From assembly GCA_036677365.1 (NCBI GenBank), contig JAVBWN010000016.1:1-64000 (forward strand): a stretch of 64,000 nt of DNA, read 5' to 3'. Positions 57,278 to 64,000 of this stretch are shown here, piece after piece. Position numbers and translations under genes: made by a program. The stretch comes from Acholeplasma sp. (GTDB lineage: Bacteria; Bacillota_I; Bacilli_A; Acholeplasmatales; UBA5453). The notes beneath the pieces were generated by a model, which did not search any database, was not told the DNA's origin, and was given only the letters and a program-made list of their open reading frames with translations. Position 1 is the stretch's first letter; every line of letters begins with the position of its first letter.

Positions 57278-58217
57278 ACAGTATTTAGCGGAGAAAAAGT
57301 TGTCGCCTTCGAGCTTAAAATCGTACCGAATCTCATTTAAACACTACATAGCATACCTAAAACAATACGACATTTTATACCCGACAACGGGTGATGTGAT
57401 TAAGTACCGACAACATAAAAGAGACATCGGGTGTTCAACCTACTACATTCATGTCCATATATCCGCACTTAAGGGTTTATACAAGTATTTGAGTCTAAAT
57501 CAAAAAAGATTAGCCATACCAGAGGTTTATGCCCATGACATCCTGGGTCCGATTAAGGGTGAACAGATTAAGCGTCAAATGACCAAACCGGTGTTAACGA
57601 TTGAAGAAGCGAGACATCTGATTTTGTTTACCAAACAACAACGACAGTTTATTTGGCACTACAGAAATCACGCAATCATCTCGTTGATGTTGACATCAGG
57701 GCTATCGGTTCATCAGGTTGTACACGCAAAAAGGGCGGATTTTATCGAGGAAGCAGGTACGTATGTCCTTTATATCGCACGAAAAACCAGTCAAACCAAA
57801 GATAGAATTAAACCATCGAAAGGCACCACCCTAGCCATCCTTGATTATTTATCCAAACGTCATGACGATAACCCGTACTTGTTTTGTGCCCACAAAAACA
57901 AGCAAACCCTAAACCCATTAGAACGGATGTTTTTCTATACCATGTTTCACCGCGTTTTAAAAGAAACCAACTTAGAACATACCGGCATTACGCCTTACTG
58001 TTTGAGACATACCGCTGCGTTATTCAATTTAGAACGCGGTGGTTCGATTGAACAAACCAAAGCGTTGTTGGGCCATGTGAGTATCAAATCTACTTTGGTT
58101 TATCAAGCGTATTTAGACCGTTTGAAAAACGACGCTGAACAACAAATTGAATCGATGCTCATCCATGAAGATACGGCTTTAGAGGATACATTTTTACCCT
58201 ATATATCATTCGAATAA
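57246..58217 (+). CDS. Tyrosine recombinase paralog with degenerate active site
   Basis: ATG 57246 after AAGGAGG; SGLSVHQ (R replaced by S), YCLRH (H replaced by Y); LGH and STLVY retained. Confidence 0.9.
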   Translation: MHRHPLEALSEQYLAEKKLSPSSLKSYRISFKHYIAYLKQYDILYPTTGDVIKYRQHKRDIGCSTYYIHVHISALKGLYKYLSLNQKRLAIPEVYAHDILGPIKGEQIKRQMTKPVLTIEEARHLILFTKQQRQFIWHYRNHAIISLMLTSGLSVHQVVHAKRADFIEEAGTYVLYIARKTSQTKDRIKPSKGTTLAILDYLSKRHDDNPYLFCAHKNKQTLNPLERMFFYTMFHRVLKETNLEHTGITPYCLRHTAALFNLERGGSIEQTKALLGHVSIKSTLVYQAYLDRLKNDAEQQIESMLIHEDTALEDTFLPYISFE

Positions 58218-58253
58218 CTCAAGTTCTATTTAGAATTAGGGTACATATAAACC

Positions 58254-58283
58254 TAGCACTTAAACCCCATAAGTGCTATTTTT
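58254..58283 (+). terminator. Terminator after the recombinase pair
   Basis: tagcactta...taagtgcta hairpin plus T-run. Confidence 0.75.
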
Positions 58284-58320
58284 CGCGTGATTTAGGCATC
58301 TAGAAAGAGTTCAGAAAGCA

Positions 58321-58410
58321 TTTGTTCAAATTTCGAACAAAAGTTGGATTTTTCTCTTGTCATTTGATAAGGTTATGGTGTAAAATAGGATTATTCAATA
58401 ATCGAACAAT
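58321..58410 (+). promoter_or_regulatory. Polysaccharide-operon promoter flanked by two GTTC-N7-GAAC operators
   Basis: TTTGTTC-N7-GAACAAA at 58321-58341; ATTATTC-N7-GAACAAT at 58390-58410; TTGTCA-18-TAAAAT at 58357-58386. Confidence 0.65.
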
Positions 58411-58423
58411 GGATGGTGACCCG

Positions 58424-59044
58424 ATGAACGATAACGCATTCTTTAAACCGACAATTCTTTATAAAGAATATATGGTCTTAGACCTCATTGAAAAAAACCC
58501 TAAAATTACCCAAAGGGAAATGAGTAAGTTGATAGGGGTTGCTGTGTCTATGATCAACGACTACTTGGAAGAATTCGAGAAAAAAGGCCTCATTAAAAAG
58601 AAGAAATACTCAACCAAAACCGTTGAGTATTTAATCACGAAAAAAGGGACTGAAAAGAAAAAAGTCTTAAACATTGGGTATTTAAACTCAACCAAAGACT
58701 TATACTTCCAAGCGAAAGAGAACTTCGAGAAGTTCTTAGCTCAAGTCAAAGACAAAGGCTTTAACAACATCCTTTTATACGGTGCTGGTGAAGTCGCAGA
58801 AATGTTGTTACATACCATCATGACCAGCAAGACCAATGAAGTAAATGTCTTAGCGGTCATTGATGATGATCCGAATAAAATCGGATCTAAGATTGGTAAT
58901 TATGTCATTATTCCTAAAGAAAGTATTCGAGACTTTGACCATGATGGTATCTTGGTATCTACATACAATCGTAAGGATGAGATTAAAGCCAAGTTATTAA
59001 AGATTGATTATCCAATCGAAAATATTATCGAGTTTTTTGAGTAA
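58424..59044 (+). CDS. EPS-associated MarR-like winged-HTH regulator with C-terminal Rossmann-like domain
   Basis: ITQREMSKLIGVAVSMIN...YLITKKG; LYGAGEVA...IDDDPNKIG; ATG 58424. Confidence 0.85.
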   Translation: MNDNAFFKPTILYKEYMVLDLIEKNPKITQREMSKLIGVAVSMINDYLEEFEKKGLIKKKKYSTKTVEYLITKKGTEKKKVLNIGYLNSTKDLYFQAKENFEKFLAQVKDKGFNNILLYGAGEVAEMLLHTIMTSKTNEVNVLAVIDDDPNKIGSKIGNYVIIPKESIRDFDHDGILVSTYNRKDEIKAKLLKIDYPIENIIEFFE

Positions 59045-59065
59045 AAAGAGGTAAAAACAACAACT

Positions 59066-59659
59066 ATGTTCTATTTAAAGTTTAAACGTTTTTATGATAC
59101 AGTATTAGCTTTCATTGGTTTAATTGTATTATCCCCACTATTCTTAATATTAATGATCTTAATCAAACTAGATTCAAAAGGACCGATTCTATTTAAACAA
59201 AAGAGAATTGGTAGACATAAAAAGCATTTCTATATCTTAAAGTTTAGAACCATGCGTATCGATACACCTAAAGATACACCAACCCATATGTTGGAAAATC
59301 CACAACAATGGATTACTAAGGTAGGTAAGTTCTTAAGAAAGACAAGCTTAGATGAGCTACCTCAAATCATCAATATCCTAAAAGGTGATATGTCTATTAT
59401 CGGACCTAGACCCGCATTATGGAATCAATACGATTTGATGGATGAAAGAGATAAGTATGGTGTTCACAGTCTATATCCAGGATTAACTGGTTACGCACAA
59501 ATCAATGGTAGAGATGAACTCCCTATCCCTGAAAAAGCAAAACTAGATGGCTATTATGTAGAACATATTAGTTTTTGGTTAGATATCAAAATATTTTTTG
59601 GCACAATTAAAAGCATTATAAAATCTGAAGGAATCGTTGAAGGAGTTAAACATGATTGA
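59066..59659 (+). CDS. Priming bacterial sugar transferase (phosphoglycosyl transferase)
   Basis: KFRTM, FLRKTSLDELPQ, GDMSIIGPRP, PGLTGYAQINGR. Confidence 0.95.
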   Translation: MFYLKFKRFYDTVLAFIGLIVLSPLFLILMILIKLDSKGPILFKQKRIGRHKKHFYILKFRTMRIDTPKDTPTHMLENPQQWITKVGKFLRKTSLDELPQIINILKGDMSIIGPRPALWNQYDLMDERDKYGVHSLYPGLTGYAQINGRDELPIPEKAKLDGYYVEHISFWLDIKIFFGTIKSIIKSEGIVEGVKHD

Positions 59660-60542
59660 TATTTCTAATACTCGCCCATTAGTATCCGTTATTATTCCGA
59701 CGTACAAACAAGAGAAACTTCTTATTAATGCTATTAGTTCAGTTTTAGCACAATCTTACCGAAATATTGAACTAATCGTTGTAGATGATAATTCTGATGA
59801 ATCAAATATATCAATAAAAAGTATAATTGAACAAATTAACGACAAGAGACTCATATATATTAAAAACACTGTTAATCTAGGTTCAGCAAGGACTAGAAAT
59901 GTAGGAATAAATTTTTCAAAAGGTGAGTATATTACTTTTTTAGATGATGATGATGAGTATTATCCGGATAAAGTTTACACACAATTAAGCGAAATGATGA
60001 AAAATAACTCTGATTACTCTACGACAAATATGTTATTAGTGAATGATAAAAGTGAAGTTATTGGTAAAAGAGAAAGAAGACAAATTAAAAAATGCAAATC
60101 CCTTTTCATTTATCATATGCTTTACCACCTAACGGGTACGTCAACAATGATGTATAAAAGAAATTTTTTATTTCGAATCGGGCTATTCAACTCTATTGAT
60201 ATAGGTGATGAATTTTACTTAATTCAACGTTCAATTGAGGCAAATGGTTCATTTACACATGTAGATAAAATCCTTGTTAGTGCTCTTGTTCATAAACCGG
60301 GATCTGGATTATCTTTAGGAGATAAAAGGCGAAATGGTGAAATAACGTTATTCAATTTTAAGAAGAGATATTTTGATAAACTATCAATATATCAAAGACA
60401 GTTTGTTAGAATGAGACATCATTTAGTAATGGCCAGAATTCATCTCAAAAATAATGAAAAATCCAAATTTGCAATATTTCTTACTCTTGCTTTTTTTAGT
60501 AATCCAATAGGTTTTTTTGATTTTATTGTTAGGGGTATTTAA
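59652..60542 (+). CDS. Glycosyltransferase family 2
   Basis: VSVIIPTY, IVVDD, RNVGI, FLDDDD. Confidence 0.93.
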   Translation: MIDISNTRPLVSVIIPTYKQEKLLINAISSVLAQSYRNIELIVVDDNSDESNISIKSIIEQINDKRLIYIKNTVNLGSARTRNVGINFSKGEYITFLDDDDEYYPDKVYTQLSEMMKNNSDYSTTNMLLVNDKSEVIGKRERRQIKKCKSLFIYHMLYHLTGTSTMMYKRNFLFRIGLFNSIDIGDEFYLIQRSIEANGSFTHVDKILVSALVHKPGSGLSLGDKRRNGEITLFNFKKRYFDKLSIYQRQFVRMRHHLVMARIHLKNNEKSKFAIFLTLAFFSNPIGFFDFIVRGI

Positions 60543-60543
60543 T

Positions 60544-61743
60544 GTGAACATATTATTTATATCCGGTGTTTTTGATAATAAAACTAAGGATTACATAGAA
60601 AATAACAACAAAGGATATCTTGAGTATTCTGCTAATAACTTCCAAATAAATATCATAAAAGGTTTGGTTGAAAACGGACACAATGTAAAAATTATTTCAG
60701 CACCATTTTGTGGATCATGGCCTCAAAGTTCTAAGATTGTTATGTTCAAAAATAATATAGAAAACGGCGGAGTAATTAAATATGCTAAGTTCTTTAATAT
60801 ATGGGGGATTAGGCAAATTAGTAGGTATTTGTCAATTAGAAAAATGATATTGCAATACCCAGGATATGATTGTGTTTTAGTCTATTCAGCACATAATCCA
60901 TTTCTAAAAGCCGGATTAAAATATAAAGAAAAGAATAAATCTCTTTTATGCAATATTGTTCCCGATTTGCCAGAATACATGAGTTTGAAGACGAAAAAAA
61001 CACTAATATATAGATTTTTTAAACAATTCGATATTTCAAACTATTACAAAATGTCAAAGGCATTCGATTCATTTGTAGTTTTAACAAGTCAAATGGCTGA
61101 TAGAATAATGCGCAATACGAAGAAAAGACCTTACATAGTACTAGAGGGTATTACTAATGAATTGATTGATAACAAGCTACCAGCTGATTTTGGTGATTAT
61201 ATTCAACTTAGCTATGCGGGTAAGCTAGATATCTCTTTCGGTGTAAAAAAATTAATTGAAGCATTTCAAAATATTAAATCTGATAAACTCATTTTAAATT
61301 TGTGTGGTTCGGGTGAATTGAACGATTATATAATTAAAGCTTCAAAATCGGACATTAGGATTAAATACCATGGATTCTTAAGTTACGATAAAGTTAAAGA
61401 AATTTTGAAGCAATCTGATATTTTAATAAATCCAAGGAGTGATGTGTCGGACTTTTCAATGTTCTCTTTCCCTTCAAAAAACATTGAATATATGTCATTA
61501 TCAAAACCTGTAATTTGTTCAAAACTTAGCGGAATGGATGATACTTATAATAATTTTATTTTTAGACTCGATGATAATTCTGTAGAAAATCTTCAGAAAG
61601 CTATAGAGAGAGTCATTAATAGCAATAAGAATATCATTGATGAAAAAATTAACAATGCTACAGCCTACATTAATCAAAATTTATACTATAAAAATGCAAC
61701 GCTAAGAATAATTGATTTAATTAAAAGGAGTAACTACAAATGA
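60544..61743 (+). CDS. Glycosyltransferase family 4 (GT-B)
   Basis: YAGKL, ILINPR...SFPSKNIEYM...KPVI; probable GTG start at 60544. Confidence 0.88.
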   Translation: MNILFISGVFDNKTKDYIENNNKGYLEYSANNFQINIIKGLVENGHNVKIISAPFCGSWPQSSKIVMFKNNIENGGVIKYAKFFNIWGIRQISRYLSIRKMILQYPGYDCVLVYSAHNPFLKAGLKYKEKNKSLLCNIVPDLPEYMSLKTKKTLIYRFFKQFDISNYYKMSKAFDSFVVLTSQMADRIMRNTKKRPYIVLEGITNELIDNKLPADFGDYIQLSYAGKLDISFGVKKLIEAFQNIKSDKLILNLCGSGELNDYIIKASKSDIRIKYHGFLSYDKVKEILKQSDILINPRSDVSDFSMFSFPSKNIEYMSLSKPVICSKLSGMDDTYNNFIFRLDDNSVENLQKAIERVINSNKNIIDEKINNATAYINQNLYYKNATLRIIDLIKRSNYK

Positions 61744-62678
61744 TTTTATATTTCATAATGTATCCATTTGAATTTTTGATGAGGATATTTCGAAAAATAA
61801 TTGGACACAGAAGATTTAAGAGAATGTTTTACTGTGGACAAATAGTTATGACTAAAAAAAGAACAAATGAATACATACGGCAACTCATAAGAAGTAATAA
61901 ACCATTTTTAGTATGCCGTTTTGGTGATGCTGAACTAAAAACAATTGTTCAAAGCTTGGAGATAGGTTTTAATATCAGAAAAGATTTCGATGAAAATCTC
62001 AAAAGAGTTATGCATCTCAATGCAGGATTTTTTCCACCGGAAACTGACAATTTAATTATGTTTTCGAATATGATGCTAGAATCAATTGGAGATGTGGATG
62101 TGTTTGGAGTTTGGTTTAATTTTATGGAAAACTATGTCATTAAAAGGTATTCGAATAATTTCAAACTTTCATATTTGGAAGATTTGGAACCATATAGATG
62201 TACATTACCATGGTCGGCAGAGTTAAAAGGAAAAAAAATTTTAGTAGTACATCCATTTTCTGAATCAATTAATCAACAATTCATGATTAAGGAAAAACTT
62301 TTTACAAATACGCAGGTACTTCCTGACTTTCACCTTATAACATATAAATCAGTACAAACCAATGCAGGCTCTTCTACATCATTCAATAGTTGGTTCGAGG
62401 CACTTGAATTTATGTTTGATGAAATCAAATTTATTGATTTTGATATCGCAATTGTTGGTTGCGGATCTTATGGATTGCCACTTTCAGCAAAAATAAGGAA
62501 AATGGGAAAAGGTGTAATTCACTTAGCAGGCGCTACACAAATTATGTTTGGTATAAGAGGATCTCGATGGGATATTAGAAAAGACATGAGTAATATGTTT
62601 AACGAACATTGGATTAGACCAAATAGTAACGAGAAACCGAAAGATGCTAGTAAGGTTGAAGGAGGATGCTATTGGTGA
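61740..62678 (+). CDS. Polysaccharide biosynthesis protein, possible GT-D fold glycosyltransferase
   Basis: PFLVCRFGDAEL, KKILVVHPF, GCGSYGLPL...IHLAG. Confidence 0.55.
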   Translation: MILYFIMYPFEFLMRIFRKIIGHRRFKRMFYCGQIVMTKKRTNEYIRQLIRSNKPFLVCRFGDAELKTIVQSLEIGFNIRKDFDENLKRVMHLNAGFFPPETDNLIMFSNMMLESIGDVDVFGVWFNFMENYVIKRYSNNFKLSYLEDLEPYRCTLPWSAELKGKKILVVHPFSESINQQFMIKEKLFTNTQVLPDFHLITYKSVQTNAGSSTSFNSWFEALEFMFDEIKFIDFDIAIVGCGSYGLPLSAKIRKMGKGVIHLAGATQIMFGIRGSRWDIRKDMSNMFNEHWIRPNSNEKPKDASKVEGGCYW

Positions 62679-63760
62679 ACAAAGATAATCGTCTGAAAGT
62701 TGCTCAGGTTGTAATCAATCCCAAAAGAGGTGGTGGCGTTTCTACTGAGTACCAAAGTCTAATGACTTCAAGTATCAGTGAAAAAGTTAAATTATTACCA
62801 ATTATACTACCAGTTTCACACAAAGGTATTAATCTTAGAGATATACGATATTATTATAAGGAATTGAAGAATAGTGATTATGACATCGTTCATATTAGAG
62901 GCGCTGGTACTGATTCGTTAAATGCAATAATTGCAGCAAAACTACTGAATAAGGGTAAAATATATACTGTTGTTCATGGATTATATAGTGAAATAATTTA
63001 TAGGAATAAAATAAAAAAGTTATTAAACAAATACTTAATAGAGAACATCATTTTCTACTTATCTGACTACATATCGTTTTTATATAATAATCACAAATAT
63101 GAATACAAATTGAGAAAAAAAATACTAAATAATGTATATAACATGTATCCCTATATGGATTCATACGATGATAAAGCTGTAACTGAATTAAGAAATAAAC
63201 TTGGGATCAGTATTAATGATTTTGTTGTTTTATATGTAGGTAGAATTACTATAGAAAAAGGACTAAGATATCTAAGTAGTGCAATACTAGATAGAGACAT
63301 TAAATCTATTGATAATATCAAATTTATTTTTGTTGGAGATGGACCATACAAAGAACAAATGGTCACACTTTTAAGTGAAGAAATCGATAAGAAAAGAGCA
63401 ATATTCATTGGTAATACCGATAATGTAGCCAATTACTATTATCTTTCTAACATTTTTATTAATCCTTCTCTACATGAGAATCATTCAATATCAATTCTAG
63501 AGGCAATAAAAACACAAACACCGGTCATAGTAACAAATGTCGGGGGAAACCAAGAAACTGTGATTAATGGTGAATATGGAATTATTATATCACCGCATAG
63601 TGTTAATGATATTATAAGCGCTATTATTCAATTATTAGACATTAAAACATTTGAAAAATATAAAAAAAACATGTGTGTATTGGATAATCGTTTCACACAA
63701 GATGAAGTAATTAAAGTTTTGTATGGAAATTATATTGAGATTATGAGGAGTAAAAAATGA
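62666..63760 (+). CDS. Glycosyltransferase family 4
   Basis: YVGRITIEKG, VGDGP, PSLHENHSISILEA, TNVGG; start may be the GTG at 62675. Confidence 0.92.
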   Translation: MLLVNKDNRLKVAQVVINPKRGGGVSTEYQSLMTSSISEKVKLLPIILPVSHKGINLRDIRYYYKELKNSDYDIVHIRGAGTDSLNAIIAAKLLNKGKIYTVVHGLYSEIIYRNKIKKLLNKYLIENIIFYLSDYISFLYNNHKYEYKLRKKILNNVYNMYPYMDSYDDKAVTELRNKLGISINDFVVLYVGRITIEKGLRYLSSAILDRDIKSIDNIKFIFVGDGPYKEQMVTLLSEEIDKKRAIFIGNTDNVANYYYLSNIFINPSLHENHSISILEAIKTQTPVIVTNVGGNQETVINGEYGIIISPHSVNDIISAIIQLLDIKTFEKYKKNMCVLDNRFTQDEVIKVLYGNYIEIMRSKK

Positions 63761-64000
63761 TAAACGATGTGTTTTTCTTATACCTTACAAATGATAAATA
63801 TGAATTTCTTTGGAACGATTTTTTTATTCTTTTACTCAAGTATTGGAAAGATTTTCCATATGAAGTACTAATTAATACAGAAAGCATTAAGTATGAAAAC
63901 GCAAATTTAAGATTAAAACATACTACACTTTTCAATAAAGAATCTAGTTGGTCGGATAGACTAATTCATTACTTAAACAGCACTAATGAAGAGTACGTTA
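63757..64000 (+). CDS. Partial polysaccharide-cluster protein (glycosyltransferase-like), truncated by the window end
   Basis: Open frame MINDVFFLYLTNDKYEFLWNDFF...KYW...WSDRL...EEYV runs to the window edge; ATGA overlap with the previous gene. Confidence 0.65.
   Translation, partial: MINDVFFLYLTNDKYEFLWNDFFILLLKYWKDFPYEVLINTESIKYENANLRLKHTTLFNKESSWSDRLIHYLNSTNEEYV

Noticed and set aside
56117..58270. AAACCTA-N10-CCCAT on both sides of the recombinase pair as possible attL/attR
   Set aside because: Too short and gapped, and both copies fall in terminator hairpins; could be chance.
58321..58346. LexA (Cheo) box
   Set aside because: Arrangement is GTTC-N7-GAAC, not GAAC-N4-GTTC; only a partial match.
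58218..58423. Invertible (phase-variable) promoter for the EPS operon
   Set aside because: No long inverted-repeat pair brackets the promoter; the dyads present are better explained as operators.

Overview
Chromosomal replication-origin region of a low-GC bacterium using genetic code 11. Gene content suggests a wall-less Acholeplasmataceae-like mollicute (inference). The core consists of jag-yidC-rnpA-rpmH, oriC, dnaA-dnaN-yaaA-recF-gyrB-gyrA, T-box-serS, a two-component system, hit, pduL, HD-rnmV-rsmA-ispE-prs-pth-mfd, mscS, glnA, purA and capD-glmS-glmM-glmU, followed by the start of a polysaccharide glycosyltransferase cluster. Four accessory blocks are interspersed: (1) a ~2380-aa lipoprotein with 11 InlB B-repeats followed by repeated OB-OB-Ig-like modules; (2) an ABC/AAA_21 ATPase plus TOPRIM/RloB-like pair, a candidate defence system; (3) a HigB-HigA(extended tail)-SecB-like toxin-antitoxin-chaperone operon with a visible promoter and operator; (4) an AT-rich island splitting the polysaccharide locus, encoding FRG, TIGR04141/DUF6119-like, HNH, XRE-IrrE and PIN proteins, then two paralogous tyrosine recombinases. 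The second recombinase lacks two catalytic residues, and the pair is preceded by a 15-bp dyad repeat array. A candidate response-regulator-driven anti-SD small RNA lies upstream of the two-component system. All family calls come from motif reading only; no searches were run.
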